This document shows positions 1 through 10,397 of a stretch of 64,000 bases of DNA, piece by piece. This DNA is from a virus. Position numbers and translations under genes: made by a program. The notes below the pieces were generated by a model. That model saw only the letters and a program-made list of their open reading frames with translations. It searched no databases and was not told the DNA's origin. The first letter of the stretch is position 1, and each line of letters starts with the position of its first letter. Location: positions 19,960 to 83,959 of the IMG/VR virus record IMGVR_UViG_3300036823_000156; one strand, 5' to 3'.

Positions 1-149
1 TGGAGATCGCACTGGGCCCGGACGCGCTGGACGCGCTGGCCTCGGTTCCGGACCTGGACAGCGAACATCTGGACACGATCGCCCAACGGATCACGCAGAA
101 GTTCGTGGACTCGACGAGCGTCCCAAAAGGAGAATTGAGGAGCGTATAA
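1..149 (+). CDS. Tail assembly chaperone (gpG-like), 3' partial
   Basis: Frame 3 reads ...KFVDSTSVPKGELRSV* (TAA 147-149), directly upstream of the tape measure gene, and contains the slippery heptamer CCCAAAA at 122-128. Confidence 0.8.
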   Translation, partial: EIALGPDALDALASVPDLDSEHLDTIAQRITQKFVDSTSVPKGELRSV

Positions 150-604
150 ACGAACTCCTCTGGGTCCTGCACTACCTCGACGACATCCGCAGCGATCTGT
201 CCGTGTACCACAGGATCGAGGATCTGGAATGGATGCCCTCGGACACCTTCTTCGTGTACGCGGAGCGGATGGGCGCCTACAAGGGCGTGCTGTACGCGCA
301 GATGCAGATCGACGCACAGCAGGCCGGCGTCGCAGCACCACCGCAACAGGCTGCGGCCACGCCGAAGCAGCGCTACCGCCCGCACGACGTGATCGAACGG
401 GCGGACGACGGCACGAAGATCCTCAACGGCGTGGCGGTCGACGAGGAGGACATTCCACTGTGGACCAAGAAGTTGCCCGGGGCCCAGGGCAAGGTCGAGG
501 TGATCCCCGGGGACATCGGGTCCATCGGGTTCAGCGAGGCGTTCCGTGGCCAGTTCAGCTACGCACGGGTGAGCAAGCAGGAGCAGGAGGCGGTCGGTGA
601 CTAG
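122..604 (+). CDS. Tail assembly chaperone -1 frameshift extension (gpGT-like)
   Basis: The -1 frame from C CCA AAA is open (RRIEERINELLWVLHYLDDIRSDLSVYHRIEDL...) and continuous with ORF 203..604. Confidence 0.8.
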   Translation, partial: PKRRIEERINELLWVLHYLDDIRSDLSVYHRIEDLEWMPSDTFFVYAERMGAYKGVLYAQMQIDAQQAGVAAPPQQAAATPKQRYRPHDVIERADDGTKILNGVAVDEEDIPLWTKKLPGAQGKVEVIPGDIGSIGFSEAFRGQFSYARVSKQEQEAVGD

Positions 605-3600
605 CGCGGGAGGCTCCTCCTCGTTCAAGATCGCCGACGCCTACGTCCTGGTCGGCGCGAACCTGGACGAGCGCTCCGTCGAGCAGACGGTCACCTCGGC
701 GCAGCGGCAGATCAGCCGGTCCGCGCTGAACCTCAAGGTCACGCTGGACAAGCGCAGCCTCAACGACGCCGTCACCACGACGCGGGCGTCGGTCAAGGAA
801 CTCGGGACCGATCTCAAGGTCAAGTTGGGGATCAACCTCGACGACAAGTCCCTGGCCGACACCGCGTTGGCCGTGGAGGCCGCGGCCGACACGATGAGTC
901 GCACGTCCGGGGTCAACCTGCACGTGGGCCTGGACAACACCTCGGTGCTGCGCGCGGGCGCCGACCTCAAGGCCGTCACCCGCGTCATGGGCACCCAGGA
1001 CGCGATCAACCTGCGGGTCAACAGCTCCGGGCTGTCCGAAGCCGACAACGAGGTGCAGTCCTTTTCCAACCGCTGGACGCGCCTGGCCAAGTTGATCACA
1101 GCCGGCGCACTGATCGGCGCCGGTCCGCTCGAAGCGGTCGGCCTGGCCACGGTCATCGCCGGGTTCGGTGCGCTGGCCATCGCGGCCGAGGCCAGCAACA
1201 AGGACGTCAAGGCCTCGTTCAAGGACATGACCGCCTCCGCCAAGCAGACGGCGGCCGAGGGGTTCTCGCCGGTCATCCCCCAGCTGGTGTCGCTGGGCGA
1301 GCAGGCCAAGACCACGATCAGCGGTCTGGAACCCGCCTTCCAGCGTGCCGGCCTGGCGATCTCGCCGATCCTGGGCACCATCGGCACCGATCTGCTGGAA
1401 TCCGTGCAACGCGGCGTCGAGGGGGCCGAGCCCCAGCTGAACAAGCTGCCGCCGCTGGCCAGCTCGATCGGCAACTCGTTCAACACCCTCGAACACGGTG
1501 TCGGCGGGTTCGTCAACAACATCGACGTCAGCAAGGCCGTACACGGCTGGGACACGCTGACCGTCGCGGTCGGGCAGCTGCTGCCGGCCCTGTCGATCTT
1601 GCTGAACACCGCCGAGCCGGTCGGCTCCGCGCTGTTGCAGATCGTGGGCGGCGCGGTCTCCACCCTGTTCCGCGAGATCGGCGAACTCAACCCGGAGATG
1701 CAGGCCGCCGGGGCGATCTTCTCCTTCATCGGCCCCGCCATCTCGGTGGTCGGGCCGCCGCTGCTGGCGGTCGCCGCCGGCACGCGGCTACTGACCGGTA
1801 GCTGGACCGACTTCGCCGGGGCCGGCACCAAGCTCAAGGGCATCGTCACCGGCATGCCCGGCATCATCGAGCAGTTGGGCCAGAAGTTCGGCTACACCAC
1901 GGCCGCCGCCAACCAGGCGGCCAAGGCGTCGGCCGAGGTCGCGCTGAACACCGCGCTGGAGTCCAAAGCGGTCGACGAGGCCGTCGTCGCCGAGGCGGCC
2001 GACGCGGTGGCCCAGGAGGACAGCGCCAAGAACGCGCAGTCCCTCTCGATCGCCAAGAAGCAACTGGCCGCGTCCACGGTCGAAGCCACCGAGGCGCAGA
2101 AGGCGTTCGACGCCACCACCGAGGAGTCCACCTTCGCGATGGGACCGCTCGGCCTGGCGCTGGGTGTGGTGACGGCCGGACTGCTGCTGTTCTCCGGTCG
2201 GTCCAAGGACGCCTCCGAGCCCACCCAGGACCTGACCGCCGACCTGGAGCGCCTGGCCGCCGCCGCGCCCGGTGCGACGCAGGGCATCCTGGCCGGCGAC
2301 CCGGCGCTGCAGAAGCTGATCACGGGCGCCAAGAACGCCGGTGTCAACGTGCAGGGCCTGCTGTCGGCCTACCAAGGCGGCACCGGCCCGCTGGACGCGT
2401 TCACCAAACAGCTGCAGAACCAGCAGAAGCAGCTGGGGGACACGCAGGTGTCGATGTCCTCGGTGACCACCGGGATCAAGCTGGGCAACGACCCGGCCGT
2501 GAAGTTCTCCGCCTCCATCGCCCAGTTGGCGGCGGCCGGCAAGCAGCTGTCGGAGAACAACGTCAAGCTGTCACCGCAGCAGCAGGCGCAGATCGCGCAG
2601 TACCGCAACCTCCAGGCCGTCACGGCACAGCTGGGCGTGTCGCAGAAGGCCCTCGCCGGCAATCAGGCCGCGGGCGCCGCGGTCACGCAGACCACGCAGC
2701 AGACGCAGACCCAGTGGAACCACACGATGACCGAGGCCAGCTCCATCACCTCGGCCTACGGCGGCAACCTCACCAGCACCGCGCTGCAGATGCAGAACTT
2801 CGCCGCACAGCAGAAAAACGGCCAGTTCTCGATGGAGGACTTCGTCAAGGCGCAGGTCACCGCGGCCGGCGGGTTCCTGCAGGCACAGGCACAACAGCAG
2901 CAACTCAACGCCGCGGTCACCCAGACCGCCCAAGCCCAGGTGCAGGCCGGTCAGTCGGTCGCGTCGGCCAAGAACCAGGAGCAGCAGGCGATTCTGCAGG
3001 TGGCCGACGCCGAGCACAGCGCGGCACAGTCCGCCGGTGCGGTCACCGACGCCGAGCACTCCTACCAGCAGTCCATTCAGGCCGTGTCCGACGCGAAAAC
3101 CGCGGTGGTCAAGGCACAGCAGCAGGAACACACCGCGCAGCTTCAGTACACACAGGACCTGGCCGCCGCACGCGCCGCCGAACTGGCGCTCTCGGCCGCC
3201 CGCAAGCAGGCGGTGCTGGACCTGCAGGCCGAGCAGCGCCAGGTGCTCGATCAGGGCGACACGGTGGCCCAGGCCGAGTTGCAACTGTTCGACGCACAGC
3301 AGGCGGTCAACAACGCCGGCCTGGCCAACAGCACACTGAAGCTGTCCGACCTGGCCAACACCAAGAACCTCAACACCGCCAACGAACAGTCCTACCAACT
3401 GCTGCTCTCGCTGTCCGAGGCGCAGCACGGACTCAACGACGCCAAGGCCCAACAGGCCCAAGTGGACAGTCAGAACGCCGCCGACCAGAAGAAGGGCGTC
3501 TCGGGCAGCCAGGACGTGCTGACCGCGCAGCAGAACATCGCCCAGGCGCAGAACCAGGTCCAGCAGTCGCAGCAGCAACTGGTGGACAGCAAGGATTCGG

Positions 3601-5120
3601 TCGTCAAGGCCAGCCAGTCGGTGGTGCAGGCCCAGTACGCGGAGAAGCAGGCGCACGACGCGGTCGCCCAGGCCCAGTACGCCGAACAGCAGGCCAACGT
3701 GGCGGTCACCCAGGCCAGTTTCGCTTCGCAGCAGGCGACCCAGGCGTTGGCCTCGGCGAATCTGCAGGCGCAGCAGGCCTCGATCGCCCACAAGACCGCG
3801 GTACAGCAGGCCAGCGGATCGATCGACATCAACACCCAGGCCGGCAACCGCAACGTCACCACCCTGCTGCAACTCTACGACAACCAGATCGCGGCCGGTA
3901 AGTCGACCGACCAGGCGCGCACCGCGGTGGAGAAGGAAGGCGTCCAGCTCGGCATCACCAAGGGCGACGTGGACAAGGTCCTGGGGTCGATCAAGAACAT
4001 CCAGGGCAAGACCGCGACGTTCGGCGTGGTCGGCACGCCCTCGGTCAACCTGTCCGAGCTGATCAACGCGGCGAGCAAGCAAGGTCTCAACCCGCGCACG
4101 CTGGGCTTCACCACCTCCGAGATCGGCAACGCCCGGGCCAGCGGGTCGGGCAGCTTCCCGACGCACGGCGCGGCCACCGGTGGCCTGATCAAGGGCCCGG
4201 GCACCAGCACGTCGGACTCGATCATGGGAGTCAGCCGCGCGGGGGTGCCCACGGCCTGGGTGAGCCCGGACGAGTACGTGGTCAACGCCAAGGCCACCTC
4301 GATGTTCCTGCCGCAGCTGGAGGCCCTCAACGCCGCCGGGCTGCCGGGCCGGGCCTCCGGTGGTCTGGCCGGCGACGGCAAGGCGATCGTGTCGGCCAAC
4401 CTGATGCTGACCGAGGTCGGCGCCATGATGCACTCCGCTCGCGAGGCCTTCCTCAAATCCGGCATCGCCAGTTCCCTGCCGGACTTCGCGCCCAAGAACC
4501 CGCCCGAGCCGGACTTCTCGGCGCTGGGCGCGGGCGGCGACACCGGGTCGCACGGCGCGGCCCAGGCCGCGGCCCAGGCCTACGCGGCGAGCGTGTTGAG
4601 TGCGCACGGATGGAGCTCCGCCCAGATGGCTCCCCTGATCAAACTGTGGAACCAGGAGTCGGGCTGGCAGTGGTGGGCGCTCAACAGCTCCAGTGGCGCC
4701 TACGGCATCCCGCAGTCCCTTCCGGCCAGCAAGATGGCGTCGGCCGGTCCGGACTGGCGCACCAACGCGCGCACGCAGATCAACTGGGGCCTGGGGTACA
4801 TTCAAGATCGTTACGGCTCGCCAGCAGCGGCATGGGCGCACGAGATCGGCTACAACTGGTACGACGAGGGCGGCGTCCTGCCCAAGGGCCTGTCGATGTC
4901 GCTGAATCAGACCGGCGCCAACGAGCACAAGGCCGTGTTCAGCACGGCGCAGTGGAACGCGCTGGGGGCCCTGGCCTCGGCGGTGCAGAGCGGCACGAGC
5001 GGCAAGACGGTCCAGATCCACAACCACTTCCTGGTGGAGTCCATGTCGGTCGCCAACGCCGTCGCGGCGCAGGCCTCGGCACAGACCAGCTGGGACCTCG
5101 CGACGAGCCTGGGGGCGTGA
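597..5120 (+). CDS. Tape measure protein with C-terminal lytic transglycosylase domain
   Basis: 1507 aa, Ala/Gln-rich coiled coil with TM segments; C-terminal WNQESGW...GAYGIPQ...TQINWGLGYIQDRYG SLT-like motif. Confidence 0.93.
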   Translation: MTSAGGSSSFKIADAYVLVGANLDERSVEQTVTSAQRQISRSALNLKVTLDKRSLNDAVTTTRASVKELGTDLKVKLGINLDDKSLADTALAVEAAADTMSRTSGVNLHVGLDNTSVLRAGADLKAVTRVMGTQDAINLRVNSSGLSEADNEVQSFSNRWTRLAKLITAGALIGAGPLEAVGLATVIAGFGALAIAAEASNKDVKASFKDMTASAKQTAAEGFSPVIPQLVSLGEQAKTTISGLEPAFQRAGLAISPILGTIGTDLLESVQRGVEGAEPQLNKLPPLASSIGNSFNTLEHGVGGFVNNIDVSKAVHGWDTLTVAVGQLLPALSILLNTAEPVGSALLQIVGGAVSTLFREIGELNPEMQAAGAIFSFIGPAISVVGPPLLAVAAGTRLLTGSWTDFAGAGTKLKGIVTGMPGIIEQLGQKFGYTTAAANQAAKASAEVALNTALESKAVDEAVVAEAADAVAQEDSAKNAQSLSIAKKQLAASTVEATEAQKAFDATTEESTFAMGPLGLALGVVTAGLLLFSGRSKDASEPTQDLTADLERLAAAAPGATQGILAGDPALQKLITGAKNAGVNVQGLLSAYQGGTGPLDAFTKQLQNQQKQLGDTQVSMSSVTTGIKLGNDPAVKFSASIAQLAAAGKQLSENNVKLSPQQQAQIAQYRNLQAVTAQLGVSQKALAGNQAAGAAVTQTTQQTQTQWNHTMTEASSITSAYGGNLTSTALQMQNFAAQQKNGQFSMEDFVKAQVTAAGGFLQAQAQQQQLNAAVTQTAQAQVQAGQSVASAKNQEQQAILQVADAEHSAAQSAGAVTDAEHSYQQSIQAVSDAKTAVVKAQQQEHTAQLQYTQDLAAARAAELALSAARKQAVLDLQAEQRQVLDQGDTVAQAELQLFDAQQAVNNAGLANSTLKLSDLANTKNLNTANEQSYQLLLSLSEAQHGLNDAKAQQAQVDSQNAADQKKGVSGSQDVLTAQQNIAQAQNQVQQSQQQLVDSKDSVVKASQSVVQAQYAEKQAHDAVAQAQYAEQQANVAVTQASFASQQATQALASANLQAQQASIAHKTAVQQASGSIDINTQAGNRNVTTLLQLYDNQIAAGKSTDQARTAVEKEGVQLGITKGDVDKVLGSIKNIQGKTATFGVVGTPSVNLSELINAASKQGLNPRTLGFTTSEIGNARASGSGSFPTHGAATGGLIKGPGTSTSDSIMGVSRAGVPTAWVSPDEYVVNAKATSMFLPQLEALNAAGLPGRASGGLAGDGKAIVSANLMLTEVGAMMHSAREAFLKSGIASSLPDFAPKNPPEPDFSALGAGGDTGSHGAAQAAAQAYAASVLSAHGWSSAQMAPLIKLWNQESGWQWWALNSSSGAYGIPQSLPASKMASAGPDWRTNARTQINWGLGYIQDRYGSPAAAWAHEIGYNWYDEGGVLPKGLSMSLNQTGANEHKAVFSTAQWNALGALASAVQSGTSGKTVQIHNHFLVESMSVANAVAAQASAQTSWDLATSLGA

Positions 5121-5121
5121 C

Positions 5122-6030
5122 ATGGCACCTCCGACCTATCAGATCGGCAGCTGGCTGGTCGGCGGCGACGGCGGCATCACCGACGCCGCGAACATCATCT
5201 GGCGGGTCAACCCACAGGGCACCACCGGCATCTTCGACTCGGCCGACAACCGCCTCAACCAGACGGTGTTCAACGAGTACGACGGCGCCCAGCGCTCGCG
5301 CAACTACGACAACGCGTTGCCCATCACCATCGCCGGCACCGCGCAGGGTGTCGACTTCGCCTCCGTCGCGGCGGCCCGCCGGGCGTTCGTCGGCATGCTG
5401 GCCGGCGGCGGCCAGAAGACCCTGACGGTCACCGACGTCGACGGCGCGGTGCTCACGATCACGGTGGAGAAGAACGGGAAACAGCAGGTCACACCGCAGA
5501 GCCAGGGTTGCGACTTCGATTGGCAGCTCAACTGCATCGCCGCCGACCCGCGCAAGTACCTGCCCGACCAGTCGGCCAGCATCGGGCTGCCCAGCAGTTC
5601 CGGCGGCCTGAACTGGTCGGCCGGCGGCGGTCTGAACTGGTCTTCCGGCGGCGGTCTGGACTGGGGGATCGCCGGGTCGAACGGCCTGATTCAGTTGACC
5701 AACACCGGCACCGCCGAGGCGTGGCCGGAGTTCCAGTTCTTCGCACCCACGGACGGATCCACCTTGGTCAATCCGACTGCGGTCAATCAGCTGACCGGCG
5801 AGACGCTGAAGTTCGTCGACACGCTGATCCAGGGCGACATCGTCGATATCAAGTCCTCGATCTACGAGCGGTCGGTGACCAAGAACGGCGTGCCCTACCG
5901 ACGCAATCTGCAAGTGGCGCAATGGTTCTCCATCGCGCCGGGCGAGACCATGACGGTGCAGTTCCAGGGCACCGGCACCTCGTCCACCTCCCTGATGACC
6001 GCGACCCTGTCGCCCGCCGTGTACGCCTAG
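5122..6030 (+). CDS. Distal tail (Dit)-like minor tail protein
   Basis: Follows the TMP; AADPRKY and NTGTAEAWP motifs; three GGL(N/D)W repeats. Confidence 0.8.
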   Translation: MAPPTYQIGSWLVGGDGGITDAANIIWRVNPQGTTGIFDSADNRLNQTVFNEYDGAQRSRNYDNALPITIAGTAQGVDFASVAAARRAFVGMLAGGGQKTLTVTDVDGAVLTITVEKNGKQQVTPQSQGCDFDWQLNCIAADPRKYLPDQSASIGLPSSSGGLNWSAGGGLNWSSGGGLDWGIAGSNGLIQLTNTGTAEAWPEFQFFAPTDGSTLVNPTAVNQLTGETLKFVDTLIQGDIVDIKSSIYERSVTKNGVPYRRNLQVAQWFSIAPGETMTVQFQGTGTSSTSLMTATLSPAVYA

Positions 6031-6040
6031 GAGAGACGCG

Positions 6041-7198
6041 ATGGCACTGACCAACCAGACGATCGGCGGCTCCGGCATCGCGGGCGGCACGTGGACGATT
6101 CAATCCACCAACACCGCGATCGTCGGCCGCTTCCACGACCTGGCCTTCCTGCAGGAGGGCAGCGCCGGGTCGCCGATGCAGAGTGCCCGCACGGGCTGCC
6201 TGCCCGGCCCGTCGCTGAGCACCGTGGCGCTGCCCGGGTGCTTCGGGGTGACGGCCGCGGGCGGCCTGTCCTGCAGCCTGGGGCGCGGATCGGCCTTCGT
6301 CGAGCGCAACACGCAGGTCGGCCCGTACAACGTGCACACCGAGGCCGTCGGCACCGTCACCTTCGGAACGGCCAACGCGACCAATCCCCGGATCGACCGG
6401 GTCGACCTCCAGGTCTTCGACGGCGTTCTCGGCGACAACGGCGGCGTGTCGCTCACCCAGTTCGTGGTGACCCAGGGCACCGCGGCCGGCGTGCCCACGC
6501 TGCCGGCCGCACCGACCAACTCGACACCCATGTTCAAGCTCACCCTGCCGGCCAACACCGTCACCATCACCTCCGGCATGCTGACCGACATCCGCCGGTC
6601 GGCGGGCCTGCGCGGCGCCAAGCGCATGATGCTGAGCGGCGACCTGCTCACCGACGTCGGCATCGAAGCCGGCGAACTGCGCGACACCTCGGCCATCCGC
6701 ACGGTCGGCACGATCGACCGGTGGGACCCGGTCAGCGCCACGTGGGTGATGACCGCCGATCTCAGCGCGGCCCAGACCGTGTTCTACAACCCCGCCGTCT
6801 CGGTCAATTCGATCACGGACAACACAACCTTCACCGGTTACCGCGACACGTCCAGCAACCTGCTGGGCACCGCGTTCGTCGCCCCCGCTTCGGGCAAGGT
6901 GGACCTCTCCTTCGGCGCGTCCTTGACCATTAGCCACATCACCACCGAGGTCCAGCTCAGTATCAACGTGAACACCGGCTCGACGATCGGTGGTGGTAGT
7001 AGCTTCCTGGCCGCGTCGGCCGGCATTTCCGCAGTCGGCAAGAACACTGACGAAACGATGGTGTCCCGTCATGTGCTAGTCACCGGCTTGACACCGGGAT
7101 CGACCTACAATGCGTCCTTCACGTGGAAGATGACTTTGTCAGGAAGCACTGCGACCTCGCAGATTCCGTGGATGCTCGCCAAGCCCATCTTTGTCTGA
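6041..7198 (+). CDS. Minor tail protein
   Basis: Tail-module position; NPRIDRV...QGTAA...P.LP motif common in actinophage tail proteins. Confidence 0.75.
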   Translation: MALTNQTIGGSGIAGGTWTIQSTNTAIVGRFHDLAFLQEGSAGSPMQSARTGCLPGPSLSTVALPGCFGVTAAGGLSCSLGRGSAFVERNTQVGPYNVHTEAVGTVTFGTANATNPRIDRVDLQVFDGVLGDNGGVSLTQFVVTQGTAAGVPTLPAAPTNSTPMFKLTLPANTVTITSGMLTDIRRSAGLRGAKRMMLSGDLLTDVGIEAGELRDTSAIRTVGTIDRWDPVSATWVMTADLSAAQTVFYNPAVSVNSITDNTTFTGYRDTSSNLLGTAFVAPASGKVDLSFGASLTISHITTEVQLSINVNTGSTIGGGSSFLAASAGISAVGKNTDETMVSRHVLVTGLTPGSTYNASFTWKMTLSGSTATSQIPWMLAKPIFV

Positions 7199-8438
7199 TC
7201 CCAGGAGTGAATTCGTGATTACCACACAGGCCGACCTCGAAGCCGCCCTGCTCGTCGGGGGCGACGTGATCTGCGACCCGACCGTCACCATCGCGTTGAC
7301 CGACACGATGGCCGTGGCTCTGCCGACGCGGCTGCTGGGCGGCACGTTCACGATCGACGCGGGCCCGGCGTTCGAGGTGACCTCCAGCGACGTCGAGATC
7401 GGCGGACTCTCGATCGCCGGTGGCATCGGCGGGGGCTTCGACGACACCCAGAAGTTGATCTACGTGCTGGGCACCAGCGAGGCGCCGCTGTCGCGCGTGG
7501 ACATCCACGACTGCCACCTGTCCGACAGCGCGGCGGACAACATCTGGGTCGAGTGGTGCGTCGACTCCACGGTGCACGACAACATCATCGAGCACTACCT
7601 CTACAGCGGCATCATGGTCATCTCCGGCAGCGGGCTGACCATCGCCGACAACGTGATCTCCGACGCCACCATCGCCGCCGGCCAGCTCAACTGCTACGGC
7701 ATCGCGCTGACCGACCTCGACAACACCCTCGCGGCGCGCACCCACAACTGCTCGGTCGTCGGCAACAGGATCAACCTGATCGACTGGGAGGGCATCGACA
7801 CCCACGGCGGCACCGACCTGGTCATCACCGGCAACGTGGTGACCGCCTGCCACCGCGGCATCGCCCTGGTCACCGGCAACGCGACCCGCGTCACCAGCCC
7901 CACCAACTGCGTCGTCTCCGGCAACGTGGTCGACGGCACCGGTGCCCGGGTGACGCCGGACATCGGCGTGTTCCTGTCCGGCATCTCCGGCCAGCCCGCG
8001 TCCGCGACCGTCACCGGCAACCAGGTCGTCGGCTACGACAGCGCACAGCCCTTCTCCGCGAACTTCTACAACCGGGGTGACACCTACATCGGCGGCAACT
8101 CCCGGCCGTTCATGCCGTGGACCGCGGTGCCGCTCGCGACCGGCTTCACCGGCAACGCCACGTTCCCGCCGATGTACATGGTCGACGGCAACACCGTCTC
8201 CTTCCGCGGCGGCGTCGTCCCGCCCGCAGGAGGCATGCCCGCCAACCCGCAGATCGGCACGCTGGCCAGCGCCGCGTGGCCCGAGCACCGCACCTTCTAC
8301 GCCACCACCAAGAGCAGCAACGCGGCCGGCGGGATCGGCACGCTCAACGTCGACATCGACGGAAAGTTCCGAGTGGACTACGCCTCGACCAGTGACACGT
8401 TCACCTGGTGGTTGACCGGAAGCTACCAGGCGATCTGA
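7191..8438 (+). CDS. Right-handed beta-helix (pectin-lyase-like) tail spike / depolymerase
   Basis: Repeated (V/I)xGNx(V/I) beta-helix rungs; lies in the tail module. Confidence 0.75.
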   Translation: MSDPRSEFVITTQADLEAALLVGGDVICDPTVTIALTDTMAVALPTRLLGGTFTIDAGPAFEVTSSDVEIGGLSIAGGIGGGFDDTQKLIYVLGTSEAPLSRVDIHDCHLSDSAADNIWVEWCVDSTVHDNIIEHYLYSGIMVISGSGLTIADNVISDATIAAGQLNCYGIALTDLDNTLAARTHNCSVVGNRINLIDWEGIDTHGGTDLVITGNVVTACHRGIALVTGNATRVTSPTNCVVSGNVVDGTGARVTPDIGVFLSGISGQPASATVTGNQVVGYDSAQPFSANFYNRGDTYIGGNSRPFMPWTAVPLATGFTGNATFPPMYMVDGNTVSFRGGVVPPAGGMPANPQIGTLASAAWPEHRTFYATTKSSNAAGGIGTLNVDIDGKFRVDYASTSDTFTWWLTGSYQAI

Positions 8439-9598
8439 TGACCAGTGCGTTCGCGAAGTTCCGGTACTACGCGCTGGTCTACTTCACCGTGACCGGCGAA
8501 GTGATCGACGAGATTCCGCTGGCCGGGGTGCCGCAGTGGATGACCAAGATCAACGACACGGGCTCGTGGACGATCCAGACCCAGATCGGGACCGACACCT
8601 TCGACAGCGGCGGCTGTCTGTCCAAACAGCACCTGCGCGAGATCACCGACCCCTGGCGGCATTCCGTCGCCATCTGCTGGGGGACGGGATCGCGCAGCGA
8701 CTACATCGTGCAGGCCGGGCCGATCACCAGCCGGGCCAACCTGCAGTCCGGTGCCGGGCAGCCTCCGCTGCTACAGATCGGCGGCCTCGGGCCGTGGGGC
8801 GTGCTGCTCAAGACCATGCAGCTGGCCAGCTCGTGGCCCGGCGTGTCGCTCACGCAGCCCGGCGGGGCCGACACGAACTACACGGACTCGCTGTGGGGCA
8901 TCGCGACCGACATCCTGACCAACGCGGTGGCGCGCAACCCGATCCCCTTGGACATCCCGACCTTCGCCGGTGGCGGCACGAACGTCCGCAACTACTTCGG
9001 CTACGACCTCGCGACGGCGGGTCAGCGGCTGCAGGAGCTGACCCAGGTCATCGGCGGCCCGGACGTCTATCTGAAGCCGTACTTCTTCGACAACAACCAC
9101 ATCCACCACAATGTCCTCATCGGACAGCCGATGCTGGTCACGTCGGGCAATCCGATCGTGTTCGACTATCCCGGGTCGATCAAGCAGATCCTGGAGTCGC
9201 TGGACGGTAGCAACCAGGCCACCACCACGTTCGAGAAGGGCGACGGCATCGAGTACGCGATGCTGTGGGCCCAGTCGATCGACACCACGCTGACCAACGC
9301 GGGCTGGCCGAAGCTGGAGACCACCGACAACTCGCACTCCGACGTGGTGCTGCAGGCCACCCTGCAGGAGTGGGCCGACGGGCAGCAACAGCTCAACGGC
9401 ATCGGGGTCACCACCTACGCCATCACCGTCAAGATGGACGACCCGGACACGCCCTTCGGCAGTTTCGACCCCGGCTCGCCCGGCATCTACAACGTGCGCG
9501 GTCACGCGTGGCTGCCCGACGGCGAACTCCAGCAACGTATCATCGGGCTGCAGCAGGGACAGCAGGACTTCGAGTACGTGCACCTGGTAGGGACCTGA
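8438..9598 (+). CDS. Minor tail protein (Gp37/Tal-like hub)
   Basis: Tail module; TGATG coupling; GPDVY.KP and GWPKLE motifs. Confidence 0.7.
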   Translation: MTSAFAKFRYYALVYFTVTGEVIDEIPLAGVPQWMTKINDTGSWTIQTQIGTDTFDSGGCLSKQHLREITDPWRHSVAICWGTGSRSDYIVQAGPITSRANLQSGAGQPPLLQIGGLGPWGVLLKTMQLASSWPGVSLTQPGGADTNYTDSLWGIATDILTNAVARNPIPLDIPTFAGGGTNVRNYFGYDLATAGQRLQELTQVIGGPDVYLKPYFFDNNHIHHNVLIGQPMLVTSGNPIVFDYPGSIKQILESLDGSNQATTTFEKGDGIEYAMLWAQSIDTTLTNAGWPKLETTDNSHSDVVLQATLQEWADGQQQLNGIGVTTYAITVKMDDPDTPFGSFDPGSPGIYNVRGHAWLPDGELQQRIIGLQQGQQDFEYVHLVGT

Positions 9599-9599
9599 C

Positions 9600-10397
9600 A
9601 TGGTAGCGACACCGGGATTCATCCCGCACTCCAACGACAATCCCGTGGTAAAGGCGATCCAACGCACCAACACCAAGATCGACGCGGTGGCCAGCAAGAC
9701 GTTGCACTCGGTGTCGGTGGTCAACACCAACGGCGAGACCATGTTCTCGATCGTGCCCTCGGACTTCGTGGACGAGGACGGGAACCCGATCGTGTCGTTG
9801 ACGATCAACGATCCGATCTCGGGCTTCGCGATCCTGCGACAGGAACCGGCTGCCGGCCACGAGAACCCCGACGGCACCATGGAGGGCACCAACTGGTTCT
9901 GGCACATGGACGACGCGGCCGACAACCGTCTGGTGGCCACCGACGGCCTGGCCGGCAAGGGGCTGGCGCTGCCCTACTTCGACGTGTCGATGTACCGGCA
10001 GTGGACACCGACCCAGTCCGCCACGCCCAGCTCGATCGGCAACAACTACGCCACCGTGGCCGCCAGCCTGGTCGCCGGGGCGGGCCTGCAGTACCTGATG
10101 TGGGAGGGGCGCGTCGGTTACTGTTCGCACCCCTTCATCAGCGTCAACGGCATCTGGGGCAATTCGAGCGGGGGCTCCGCGGTGCCGACCTACACCCTCG
10201 TGATGGACGGCGTCACGGTCGGCTCGTGGACGGCCAGCAGCTTCGGCGTGGTCCTGCACGAGTTCGACTGCTCCGACATCATCGGCAACATCGACATCCA
10301 GACCCAGCTGTTCATGCACTCGTCGGTCAGCAGCAGCGACCAGCTGGCCTGCGCCATGCTCGGCACGCACCTACGCCAGTCGCCAGCGGCCAGCTGA
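9600..10397 (+). CDS. Minor tail protein
   Basis: Last gene of the rightward tail operon. Confidence 0.6.
   Translation: MVATPGFIPHSNDNPVVKAIQRTNTKIDAVASKTLHSVSVVNTNGETMFSIVPSDFVDEDGNPIVSLTINDPISGFAILRQEPAAGHENPDGTMEGTNWFWHMDDAADNRLVATDGLAGKGLALPYFDVSMYRQWTPTQSATPSSIGNNYATVAASLVAGAGLQYLMWEGRVGYCSHPFISVNGIWGNSSGGSAVPTYTLVMDGVTVGSWTASSFGVVLHEFDCSDIIGNIDIQTQLFMHSSVSSSDQLACAMLGTHLRQSPAAS

Noticed and set aside
555-5123. Long antisense ORFs opposite the TMP (and similar ones at 15886..17460, 28995..31334, 41266..42903, 61214..63019)
   Set aside because: Shadow ORFs caused by high-GC codon bias with no recognisable motifs, unlike the antisense HNH at 56012..56806
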